From the NCBI RefSeq assembly GCF_009914755.1, contig NC_060938.1: a stretch of 64,000 nt of DNA, one strand, 5' to 3'. The notes under the pieces are model-generated. The model was not told the origin of the DNA and searched no databases. It saw nothing but the letters and a program-made list of their open reading frames with translations. The stretch comes from the human T2T-CHM13v2.0 reference genome, Homo sapiens. Position numbers and translations under genes: made by a program. Each line of letters begins with the position of its first letter. Position 1 is the stretch's first letter. This document shows, one piece after another, positions 42,601-56,300 of the stretch.

Positions 42601-45600
42601 CCACTCCACTCAACTTCCCTCCACTCCACTCCTCTCCATTCCATTCCATTTCTTTCTACACCTTTCCACTCCACTCCACTCCACTGTACTCTGTTCCTTT
42701 CCATCCCATTCCATTCTACTCGATTCCACTCCACTCCACGCCACTCCACTCCACTCCATTCCATGGCATTGCATAACTATCCAAACCACTCCATTCCACT
42801 CCACACCAATCCACTCCACGCCACTCCACTCCACTCCATTCCATTACATTCCATTCTAAATCCATTATATTCCATTCCTTTCTTTTGACGCGATCTCACT
42901 GCATCAGCCAGGTTGGAGTGCAGTGCACAATCTGAGCTCACGTTTCCTTTCACCATTCCATTCCATTCCATTCCGTTGCATTCCATTCCACTCCACTCCA
43001 CTCCACTCTGTTCAATTCCATTCCTTCCCAGTCCATTCCACTCCACTCCATTCCACTCCACTGCACTCTACTTCATTCAATTCCATTCCACCCCATTCCT
43101 TTTGACTCCAATCCCCTCCACTCCACTCCACTTCACCACATTTCTTTCGAATCCATTTGATGCCATTCAATTCCATTCCATTCGTTTCCATTCCATTCCA
43201 TTCCATTCCATTCCATTCCATTCCATTCCATTCTATTCCATTCCATTCCATTCCATTCCATTGAATTCTGTTCCATTCGATTCCATTCCATTCCATTCTC
43301 TTCCATTCCACTCCACTCTATTCCATTCCACTCTACTTCACTTCACTCCACTCCACTCCACTCTGCTCCATTCCAGTCCACTCCACTCCACTCCTCTTTA
43401 TTCCACTCCACTCCTCTCCATTCAACTCCACTTCATTCCACTCCATTCCATTCCACTGCACTCAACTCCCCTCCACTTCACTCCACTCCACTATATTCCA
43501 TTCCATTCCATTCTACACCTTTCCACTCCACTCCACTATTCTCCGTTCCATTCCATCCCATTCCATTCCACTCCATTCCACTCCACTCCACCCCACTCCA
43601 CTCCACTCCACTCCACTCCATTCCATTGCATTCCATAACAATCCATACCACTCAATTCCACTACACTCTACTCCACTCCACTCCATTCCATTGCATTACA
43701 TAACAATCCATACCACTCAATTCCACTCCACTCTACTCCACTCCACTCCACTCCACTCCATTACCTTACATTCCATTGTAAATCCATTCCATTCCATTCC
43801 TTTCTTTCGACGGAATCTCACTCTGTCACCCAGGCTGGAGTGCAGTGCACAATCTCAGCTCACATTTCATTTCACCATTCCATTCCATTCCATTCAATTC
43901 CATTCCATTCCATTCCTTTCCACTCCACTCCACCCCACCCCACTCCACTCCATTCCACTCCACTCCATTCCACTACAGTCCATTCCACTCTATTCCACTA
44001 CACTCCATTCCACTCCATTCCATTCCATTGCACTCCACTCCACTCCACTCAACTCCATTCCATTCCATTCCATTCCATTGCACTCCACTCCACTCCACTC
44101 AACTACATTCCATTCCATTCTACACATTTCCTCTCCATTCCACTCCATTCCATTCCATCCCATTCCATTCCACTCCATTCCAGTCCTCTCCATTCCACCC
44201 CTCTCCACTCCACTCCACTCCATTCCATTCCATAACAATCCATACCACTCCATTACACTGCACTCCACTCCACTCCAGGCCACTCCACTCCACTCCATTC
44301 CATTCTAAATCTATTCCATTCCATTCCTTTTGACTGGTTCTCACTCTATCACCCAGGCTGCACTGCAGTGCACAATCTCAGCTCACATTTCATTTCACCA
44401 TTCCATTCCATTCCATTCCATTCCATTCCATTCCATTCCATTGCATTCCACTCCACTCCACTCCACTCCGGTCAAATCCCTTCCTTCCCATTCCATTCCA
44501 CTCCATTCCATTCCAATACATTCTGTTCCATTCCATTCCAGTCCATTCCATTCCATTCCACTCCATTGAAGTCCAATCCATTCCACTTCACCGCATTCCA
44601 TTCGATTCCATTTGATGTCATTTGATTCCATTTGATTTGATTCCATTCGAATCCATTCATTCCATTCGATTCCATTCAATTCCGTTCGACTCAATTCCAT
44701 TCAATTCCATTTGATTCGATTCAATTCGATTCCATTCGATTCCATTCCATTGCATTCCACTCCACTGCACTCCACTCCATTCCACTCCATTCCATTCCAC
44801 TCCATTCCACTCCACTCCATTCCAGTCCATTTTATTCCATTCCTTTCTTTCTAAATCCATTCCATTGCATTCCTTTCTTTTGACAGGATCTCACTCTCTC
44901 ACCCAGACTGGAGTGCAGTGCACATTCTCAGCTCACATTTCATTTCACCATTCCATGCCATTCCATTCCATTGCATCCCATTCCATTCCATTCCTTTCCA
45001 TTCCAATCCATTGCATTCCATTCCATTCCACTCCACTGCACTCAATTCCACTCCACTCCATTCCATTCGTTTCCGCTCCATTCCACACCACTCCACTCCA
45101 CTACACTCCCTTTCATTCCAATCGACTCCACTCCATTCCACTAAACTCCACTCTACTCCACTCCACTCCATTTCACTCCAATCCATTCCACTCAACTCCA
45201 CTCTACTCCACTCCACTCCATTTCACTCCACTCCATTCCACTCCACTCAATTCCACTCCTGTCCACTCCATTCCATTCCATTCTATACATTTACACTCCA
45301 TTCCACTCCACTCCTCTCCATTCCATTCCATCCCATTCCATTCCACTCCATTCCACTCCACTCCCCTATACTCCACTCCACAGCAGTCCATTCCACTCCA
45401 TTGCATTCCATTCCATTACAATCCATACCATTCCGTTCCACTAAACTCCAGTCAATTCCACTCCACTCCACTCCACTGCACTCCATTCCATTTCATTCCA
45501 TTCTAAATCCATTCCAATATATTCCATTCTAAATCCATTCCATTATATTCCATTCTAAATCCATTCCATTCACTTCCTTTCTTTCGACAGGATCTCACTG

Positions 45601-48600
45601 TCTCACCCTTGCTTTAGTGCAGTGCTCAATCTCAGCTCACGTTTCAATTCACCATTCCATTCGATTATGTTCCATTGCATTTCATTCCACTCCACTCCAC
45701 TACCCTCCATTCAATTCCTTTCCTTCCCATTCCATTCCACTCCACTCCATTCTACTCCACTCCACGCCATTCATTTCCATTCTATCCCTCTTCATTCCAC
45801 TCCATTCCACTCCACTCCACTCCATTTCACCTCATTCCATTCGATTCCATTAAATTCCTTTCCATTCCATTTCATTTGAATTCATTCATTTCCGTTCGAT
45901 TCCAATCCATTCAATTCCATTCCATTCCCTTCAATTCCATTCCATTGCATTCCATTCCATTCCACTCCATTCCATTTCGTTCTATTCCATTCCACTCCAC
46001 TACACTATACTCCATTCCACTCCACTCCATTCCACAGCACTACCATCTATTCCACTGAAATCCACTCCACTCCACTCCTCTCCTTTCCATTCCATTCCAT
46101 TCTACACATTTCCACTCCACTCCACTCCAGTCCACTCCATTCCACACCACTCCATTCCACTCCATTTCACTGAACTCTTATCAACTCCACTCAACTGCCC
46201 TCCACTCCACTCCTCTCCATTCCATTCCATTTCTTTCTACACCTTTCCACTCCACTCGACTCCACTCTACTCTGTTCCATTCCATCCCATTCCATTCCAC
46301 TGGATTCCACTCCACTCCACGCCACTCCACTCCACTCCATTCCATTCCATTTCATAACTATCCAAACCAATCCATTCCACTCCACGCCACTCCACTCCAC
46401 CCCACTCCATTCCATTACATTCCATTCTAAATCCTTTCTATTCCATTCCTTTCTTTTGACACGATCTCACTGTGTCACCTAGGTTGGAATGCAGTGCACA
46501 ATCTGAGCTCACATTCCATTTCACCATTCCATGCCATTCCATTCCATTGCATTCCATTCCACTCCACTCCACTCCATTCAATTCCATTCCTTCCCAGTCC
46601 ATTCCACTCCACTCCATTCCACTCCACTGCACTCTACTTCATTCAATTCCATTCCACCCCATTCTTTTTGACTCCATTCCACTCCACTCCACTTCACCAC
46701 ATTTCATTCGAATCCATTCAATGCCATTCGATTCCATTCCATTCGATTCCATTCCATTCGATTCCATTCCATTCCATTCGATTCAATTCCATTCCATCCC
46801 TTTGAGTTATGTTCCATACGATTCCATTCCATTCCATTACCTTCCATTACATTCCACTCCATTCCACTCCACTCCCTTCCACTCCACTCCGCTCCATTCC
46901 AGTCCATTCCAATCCACTCCACTTCATCTCACTCCATTCCATTCAATGCCATTCCACTCCATTGCATTATATTCCACTCCATTTCATTCTACTCCACTCT
47001 ACTCCATTCCACTCCAATCCAATCCACTCCATTCCACTCCACTCCAGTCCACTCCATTCCATTCCATTCCAGTCCATTGCACTCCATTCCATTACATTCC
47101 CCTCCACTCATTGCATTCCACTCCATTCAACTCCGCTGAACTCCACTCCACTCCAATCCACTCCATTCCATTCCAAATCCATTCCATTCCCTTCCATTCT
47201 AAATCCATTCCATTCATTTCCTTTCTTTTGAAAGGATCTCACTCTGTCACTCAGGCTGGAGTGCAGTGCACAATCTCACCTCACATTTGATTTCTCCATT
47301 CCATTCCATTCCATTCCATTCCATTCCATTCCATTCCATTGTATTCCATTCTACTCCACTCCACTCCACACTGTTCAATTCCATTCCTTCCCAGTCCATT
47401 CCGCTCCACTCCATTCCACTCCACTGCACTCTTCTTCATTCAATTCCATTCCACCCCATTCTTTTTGACTCCATTCCACTCCACTCCACTTCACCACATT
47501 TCATTCGAATCCATTCAATGCCGTTTGATTCCATTCCATTCGATTCCATTCCATTCCATTTGATTCCATTCCATTCCATTCCATTGAATTCTGTTCCATA
47601 CGATTCCATTCCATTCCATTCCATTCCATTCCATTCCACTCCACTCCACTCCATTCCAGTCCATTCCACTCCACTCCACTCCATCTCACTCCATTCCATT
47701 CAATTCCATTCCACTCCATTCTATTATATTCCACTCCATTTCATTCTACTCCACTCTACTCCATTCCACTCCATTCTATTATATTCCACTCCATTTCATT
47801 CTACTCCACTCTACTCCATTCCACTCCAATCCACTCCACTCCATTCCACTCCACTCCAGTCCACTCCATTCCAGTCCTTTCCAATGCATTCCACTCCATT
47901 CCACTCCACTTCATTCCATTCCATTCCATTCCCTTCTATTCCATTGGATTCCATTCCATTCCATTGCAATCCAAGCCACTCCACTCCACTCAATTCCACC
48001 CCCTCCATTCCACTCCACTCCTCTCCATTCCATTCCACTCCATTCCCCTACACTCCAGTCCACTCTACTCCACTCTCCTCCACTCCACAACATTGCATTC
48101 CATTCCACACCATAAGAGTCCACTCCACTCCATTCCACTCCACTCCATTCCATTCCATTCCACACCATAAGACTCCACTCCACTCCATTCCACTCCACTC
48201 CATTCCATTCCATTCCACTACAGTCCATTGCATTCCACTCCAGTTAATTTCATCCCCTCCAGTCCATTCCACTCCACTCCATTCCATTCCACTGCACTCC
48301 ATTCCATTCCACGTCACTTCACTCCACTGCACTCCACTCCACTCCATTCTACTCCTCCCCAAACCATTCCATTCCATTCCATTCCACTCCACTCAACTCC
48401 ACTCCACTCCTTTCCAATCCATTCTATTCTACACCTTTCCACTCCACACCACTACACCCTACTCCTTTCCATTCCATCCCATTCCATTCCACTCCATTCC
48501 ACTCCATTCCACTCCACTTCATCCCACTCCACTCCACTCCACTCCATTCTATTCTGTAACAATACATTTCACTCCATTTTACTCCACTCCACTCCACGCC

Positions 48601-51600
48601 ATTCCACTCCCCTTCACTACCTTCCGTTACATTCCATTCTAAATCCATTCCATTCCATTCCTTTGTTTCGAAAGGATCTCACTCTTTCACCCAGGCTGGA
48701 GTGCAGTGCACAATCTCAGCTCACCTTTCATTTCACCATTCCATTCCAATAAATTCCATTCCACTCCATTCCACTCCATTCCACTCCACTCCACTCCATT
48801 CCAATCCGTTCAAATCCATTCCTTCCCATTCCTTTCCATTCCAATACATTCGACTCCTCTCCACTCCATTCAATTCCATTCCACCCCATTCCATTCCACT
48901 CCAGTACCTTTCATCGCAATCCATTCGATTCCATTCAATGCCACTCGATTACATTCGAATCGATTCCCTTTGATTCCATTCAATTTCATTTTTTCCATTT
49001 GATTTCATTCTATTCCATTCGATTCCACTCTATTCCATTTGATTTGATTCGATTCAATTCTAAACCATTTGATTCCATTTGATTCCATTCCATTCCATTC
49101 CATTCCATTCCATTCCATTCCACTCCACTCAATTCTACTCCACTCCACTCAATTCCATTCCTTCCCATTCCATTCCATTCCACTCCATTCCACTCCACTG
49201 CACTGCACTGCCCTGCAATGAATGCAATTTCATTCCACCACACTTCATTCCAATCCTTTCCACTCCACTCCACTCCTTTTCACCACATTCCATTTGATTC
49301 AATTCCATGCCATTTGATTCAATTCCATGCCATTTGATTCCATTTGATTCGATTCCATTTGATTTGAGTCGATTCGATTTGATTCGAATCCATTCCATTC
49401 CATTCAGTTCCATTCCATTCCATTGCATTCCATTCCCTTCCATTCCATTCCACTCCATTCCATTTCATTCCACTCCATTCCATTCCACTCAATTCCACTG
49501 CATTCTACTCCATTCCACTCCACCCCATTCCATTCCATTCCACTACACTCGATTCCACTCCATTCCACTCCAGTTCATTTCATTCCATTCCATTCCTTTC
49601 CACTCCACTCGATTCCACTCCATTCCATTCCATTTCATTCCATACCATTTCGTTCCATTCCATTCCATTCCATTCCATTCCATTTCATTCCATTCCATTC
49701 CTTTCCATTCCATTCCATTTCATTCCATTCCACTCCATTCCATTTCATTCCATTCCACTCCATTCCATTTCATTCCATTCCACTCCATTCCATTTCATTC
49801 CATTCCATTTCATTCCATTCCATTCCATTCCATTCCATTCCATTTCATTCCATTCCATTTCATTCCATTCCATTCTATTCCATTTCATTCCATTCCATTC
49901 CATTCCATTCCATTCCATTCCATTCCATTTCATTCCATTCCATTCCATTCCATTCCATTTCATTCCATTCCATTCCATTCCATTTCATTCCATTCCATTC
50001 CATTCCACTCCACTAATTTCAATTCCATTCCATTCCACTCCACTAAATTCCATTCCACACAATTCCACTCCACTCCACTCCACTCCATTCCATTCCATTC
50101 TATTACATTCCATTCCATTCTATTCCATTCCATTCCATTCTATTCCATTCCATTCCATTCCATTCCATTCCATTCCATTCCATTCCTTTCTAAATCCATT
50201 CCATTCCATTCCATTGTAAATCTATTCCATTCCCTTCCTTTCTTTTGACAGGAGCTCACTCTGTCACCCAGGCTGGAGTGCAGTGCACAATCTCAACTCA
50301 CATTTTATTTCACCATTCCATTCCATTCCATTCCATTGTATCGCATTACATTCCACTCCACTCCACACCATTCAATTCCATTCCACCCCAGTCCATTCCA
50401 CCGCATTCCATGACACTCCTCTCCAGTTCACCACTGTCCTTTCGATTCCATTCGATATCATTTGATTCCATTCAATTCGATACCTTTCCATTCCACTCAA
50501 TTACATTTGATTCCCTTTGATTCCAATCCATTCGTTTTCCTTGCATTCCATTCCATTCCCTTCCACTTCATTCCATTACATTCCATTACAATCCATTCCA
50601 TTCCATTCCACTCCATACCATTCCACTCCACTCCATTCCACTCCACTCTACTCCATTCCACTCCAATACATTCCATTCCACTCACATCCATTCCATTCTA
50701 CTCTAGTGAATTCGACTCCACTCCAGTCCATTCCACTCCATTTCACTCTACTCCACTCCATTCCATTCTACTCCCCTCCACTCCATTCCATTCCACTCCA
50801 CTCAACTCCCCTTCCCTCCCCTCTGCCCCATACCACTCCATTCCATTCTGCACCTTTCTACTCCACTTCACTCCATTCCACTCCACCCCACTTCACTCCA
50901 CTCAACTCCATTCCATTCCATTCCATAACAATCCACACCACTCCATTCCACTCCACTCCACTCCATGACAGTAAATTCCCTTACATTCCATTCTAAATCC
51001 ATTCCATTCCCTTCCTTTCTTTCTTCAGGATCTCACTCTGTCACCCAGTATGTAGTGCAGTGCAGATTCTCAGCTCATATTTCATTTCACCATTCCATTC
51101 CATTGCATTCCATTCCACTTCACTCCACTCCACTCCGTTCAATTCCATTCCTTCCCATTCCATTCCATTCCACGCCACTCCACTCCATTCAAGTCCATTC
51201 CACCCCATTGCTTTCCACTGCATTCCACTACACTACACTCCACTTCATCACATTCCATTCGATTTCATTCTACACCATTCGAATCTTTCGATTTCATTCC
51301 ATTCGATTCCATTAGATTCCATTTTTTTTCATTTGATACCATTTGATTCCATTCGATTCCATTCCATTACCTTCGATTCAATTTGATTCGAGTTGTTTCG
51401 ACTTGTTTTGATTCAATTAGATTCCATTTGATTCCATTTGTTTCCATTCCATTACATTCCATCACATTCCACTGCATTCCATTACTTTCCACTGCATTCC
51501 ATTCCTCTCCACTCAAATCCATTCCACTACACTCCATTCCATTCCATTCCACTCCACTCCATTTCACTCCATTATATTTCATTCCATTCCATTCCACTCC

Positions 51601-53300
51601 ACTCCAGTCCACTCCAATCCATTCCATTACATTCAATTATAAATCCATTCCATTCCATTCCATTCTGAATCCATTCCATTCTCTTCCTTTCTTTCTACAG
51701 GATCTCACTCTGTAACCCAGGCTGGATTGCAGTGCACAACCTCAGCTCACATTTCATTTCCCCATTCCATTCAATTCCATTCCATTGCATTCCATTCCAC
51801 TCCACTCCACTCTGTTCAATTCCATTCCTTCCCATTCCATTCCATTCCAATCCATTCCACTCCTCTCCACTCCATTCAATTCCATTCCACCCCATTCCGT
51901 TCCACTCCATTCCAAGAAACTCCACTCCATTTCACCGCATTCCATTAGATTCCATTTGATGCCACTCGATTCCATTTGATTCAATTCCATTCGATTCCTT
52001 TCAATTTCATTTTTTCCATTCGATTCAATTCAATTTCTTTCGATTCAATTCAAATCCTTTCGATTCCATACAATTCGATTTGATTTGAGTAGATTTGATT
52101 CAAAACCATTGGATTACATTCTTTTCCATTCGATTCCATTCAATTCCATTTGATTCCATTCCATTCGATTCTGTTCCATTCCATTCCACTCCATTCCATT
52201 CCATTCCGTTTGATTCCATTCCATTCCATTCCATTCCATTCCATTCCATTCCACTCCACTCAATTCTACTACACTCCAATCATTCTCATTCCTTCCCATT
52301 CCATTCCACTCCACTCATTTCCACTCCAGTCTACTCCACTCCATTCAATTCCATTCCCCTCCTTTACATTCCAATCCATTCTGCTCCACTAATCTCCGTT
52401 TCACCGCATTACATTTGATTCACTTCAATGCCATTTGATTCCATTTTATTCGAATTCATTCGTTTCCATTCAATTCCGATCTATTCCATTTGATTAGTTT
52501 CGATTCATTTGGAGTCGATTCAATTCAAGTCGATTCAATTCGATTCCATTCCATTCCATTCTATTCCATTCCATTCCATTCTATTCCATTCCATTCCATT
52601 CCATTCCACTCCATTCCTTTCCACTCCACTCCATTCCATTCCACTCCACTACATTCCATTCCTCTCCACTCCACTGCTTTCCACTCTATTACATTCCACC
52701 CCATTCCATTCCACTCCACTCCATTCCCTTCATCTCCATTCCACTGCTTTCCACTCCATTACACTCCACCACATTCCATTCCATTCCACTCCACTCAATT
52801 CCATTCCATTCCATTCATTTTCTTTCCATTCCATTCCATTCCATTCCACTCCATTCCATTCCTCACAATTCCAATTCACTCCACTCCACTCCAATCCACT
52901 CCAATCCACTCCACTCCACTTCATTCCATTCCATTCCATTTTAAATCCAATCCAATAATTTCCATTCTGAGTCCATTCCATTCCCTTCCTTTCTTTCGAC
53001 AGGATCTCACTCTGTCACCCAGGCTGGAGTGTAGTGCACAACCTCAAATAACATTTTATTTCACGATTCCATTGCATTCCATTCTATTGCATTCCATTCC
53101 ACTCCACTCCACTCCGTTCAATTCCATTCCTTCCCATTCCATTCCACTCCAGTACATTCTACTCCACTCCATTCAATTCCATTCCACCCCAGACCGTTCC
53201 ACTGCATTCCATGCCACTGCTCTCCAGTTCACTGTATACCATTTGATTAAATTCGATGTCATTTGGTTCCATTCCATTCGACTCCATTCCATTCCACATG
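30613..53300 (+). repeat. Human Satellite 3-type array, domain 1: (CATTC/CACTC)n composite monomer carrying an Alu fragment
   Basis: CATTC and CACTC pentamers with recurring landmarks (CTCCGTTCAATTCCATTCCTTCCC, TTCTACACCTTTCCAC, CCATAACAATCCATACC, TTACATTCCATTCTAAATCC) and 29 copies of a 55-bp Alu piece. Confidence 0.95.
31052..53055 (-). mobile_element. 29 tandemly amplified copies of one ~55-bp AluJ-like right-arm 3' fragment embedded in the satellite
   Basis: Consensus GACAGGATCTCACTCTGTCACCCAGGCTGGAGTGCAGTGCACAATCTCAGCTCAC at ~31052, 31764, 32746, 33253, 33858, 34440, 35138, 35375, 35901, 36498, 37176, 38143, 39171, 40250, 40752, 41366, 41955, 42887, 43809, 44332, 44882, 45586, 46458, 47230, 48670, 50247, 51024, 51696, 52998. 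Confidence 0.93.
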
Positions 53301-56300
53301 ATTCCATTTGATTCCAGTCCATTCATTTCCCTTCCCTTCCATTCCATTCCATTCCAATCCATTCCATTCCATTCTATTACATTCCATTTCAATCCATTCC
53401 ATTCCATTCCCTTCCATTCCTTTCCATTTCATTCCATTCCTCTCCATTCCATTTCATTCTGTTCCTTTCCATTCGGGTTCATTCCATTCCATTCCATTCG
53501 AATCCATTCCATTTCATTCCATTCCATTGCACTCGCATTGATTCCATTCCATTGCTTTCCATTCTAGTCCATTCCATTTCATTCGAGTCCATTCCGTTCC
53601 CTTCCATTCCATTCAAGGCCACTTCATTCCATTTTATTCCTTTCCATTCCATTCTTTTCGGGTCCATTCAATTCAAATTCATTCCATTCCTTTCCATTCC
53701 ATTACATTCCAAAATTCGAATCCATTCCAATCCATTCCATTAACTCGAGTAATTTCCATTCCATTCCAGTCCATTCAATTCCATTCCATTCCTTTCCATT
53801 CCATTAAAGTCCGTTCAATTTCATTCCATTCATTTCCATTCCATTCCATTACTTTACAGTCCATTCCATTCCATTTGATTCCATTCGTGTCCATTCCATT
53901 CCATTCCATTCCACTCCATTCCATTCCATTCCATTCGAGTCCATTCCTTTCCATTCAATTCCAATCGTGTCCATTCTATTCCATTCCACTTGAGTTCATT
54001 CCATTCTATTCCATTCCGTTGCATTCGTGTCCATTCCATTCCATTTCATTCGAGTCATTTCCATTCCATTCCATTCCATTCTCTTCCTGTCGAGTGCATT
54101 CCATTGCATTGCATTCCATTTGAGTGCATTCCATTCCATTCGACTCCATTCCATTCCATTCCAATACATTCCATTCCATTTTATTCCATTCCATTCCATT
54201 CCATTCTATTCTATTCCTGTCGAGTGCATTCCACCGCATTGCATTCCATTCGAGTGCATTCCATTCCATTCGACTCCATTCCATTCCATTCCAATGCATT
54301 CCATTCCATTCTATTCCATTCCATTTCAATCCATTCCATTCCATTCCATTGCATTCCATTCCATTCCATTCCATTCCATTCCATTCCATTGCATTCCATT
54401 CCATTCCATTCCATTCCATTCCATTCCATTCCTCTCCATTCCATTCCATTCCATTCTGTTCCATTCCATTCGGGTCAATTCCTTTCCATTCCATTCCATT
54501 CCATCCCTCTCCATTCCATTCGGGTCCATTCCATTCGGGTCCATTCCATTCCATTGCACTCGAGTTGATTCCAATCCATTCCATTCCATTAGAGTCCATT
54601 CCATTTCATTCGAGTCCATTCCATTCCATTCCATTCCATTCGAGGCCACTTCATTCCATTCCATTCCATTCTTTTCGGGTCCATTGAATTCAATTATTTT
54701 CCATTCCATTTAATTCCATTCCATTCGAGTCCATTTCATTCCATTCCTCTCCATTCCATTCCATTCCATTCTGTTCCATTCCATTCGGGTCAATTCCATT
54801 CCATTCCATTCGAATCCATTCCATTCCATTCCATTCCACTTGAGTTGATTCCATTCCATTCCATTCCATTCCATTCGAGTCCATTCAATTTCATTTGAGT
54901 CCATTCCATTCCATTCCATTCCATTCCATTCCATTCCATTCCATTCGGGGCCACTTTTCTATTCCATTCCATTCCATTCCATAATTCGAGTCCATTCCAT
55001 TCCATTCCATTACACTTGAGTCTTTTCAATTCCATTCGAGTCCATTCAATTCCATTATATTCCTTTGTATTTCATTCAATTCCATTCCATTCGATTGCAT
55101 TCCATTCAGTTCCAATCAATTAGAGTCCATTCCATTCCATTCCGTTCCTTTCGATTGCAATCCGTTTGTTTCCATTTTGTTCCAGTCCTTTCCATTCGAG
55201 TCCATTCCATTCCAGTCCATTCCATTTGATTTCATTCCATTCAAATCCATTCCATTCGAATCCATTCCACTCGGTTCCAGTCTGTTCCATTTTCTTGCAT
55301 TCCATTCTATTCCGTTCCATTGAATTACATTCCATTCCATTTGATTCCATTACATTTGATTCCACTCTATTCAAATCAATTACATTGCAATCCATTACAT
55401 TCGAGTCCTTTCCATTCAAGTCCATTCCATTCCGGTCCATTCCATTCTGTTCCATTCCATTCGACTCCATTCCATACTGTTGCATTCCGTTGGATTCCAT
55501 TCTGTTCGAATAAATTCCATTCGAGACCATTCCTTTCGAGTCCATTCTATTTGAATCAATTAAATTCGAGTCCATTACATTTGAGTCCATTCCATTCCAT
55601 TCCATTCGATGCCATGCCATTCGATTCTCTTCCATTCTAATACAATCCATTAGAGTCCATTCCATTCATTCCATTCCATTCCACTCCATTCATTGCCAAT
55701 CCATTCAATTCTATTCAATTCGAATCCATTCCATTCCATTGTGTTCCATCCGATTCCATTCCATTCTATTCCTTTTCATTCCATTGCATTTCAGTCGTTT
55801 CCGTTCAATTTGTCTGCATTCCACTACAGTCCATACCGTTCGAGTCTTCCATTCCAGTCCATTCCATTCGAGTCCATTCCACTCGATATCTTTCCATTAT
55901 GCTACATTCCATTCTCTTCTTTTTGATTCCATTCAATTCCATTCCATTCAATTCCATTGCTTTCGACTCCATTCCATTCGAGTGCATTCCATTCCATTCC
56001 ATTACATTCCGTTCTGTTCAATTCCAATCCATTCAATTCCATTTTGTTCCTGTCCATTCCATTCGAGTCCTTTCCATTTTAGTCCATTCCACTCGATTCC
56101 ACTCCATTCCATTCTATTACATTGCATTCTATTCCATTCCATTCCATTTGTTTACATTCCATTCGATTCCATTACATTCAATTCAATTACATTGTAATCC
56201 ATTTCATTCAAGTCCATTCTATTCCAGTCCATTCCATTCCTGTCCATTCCATTCAATTCCATTACATACTATTGCATTCCATATGATTAAATTCTATTTG

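Noticed and set aside
31052-53055. CRISPR-like appearance: a conserved ~55-bp repeat separated by variable spacers
   Set aside because: The repeat is an Alu fragment, the spacers are homologous satellite of 0.2-1.5 kb, the DNA is human and no cas genes are present.
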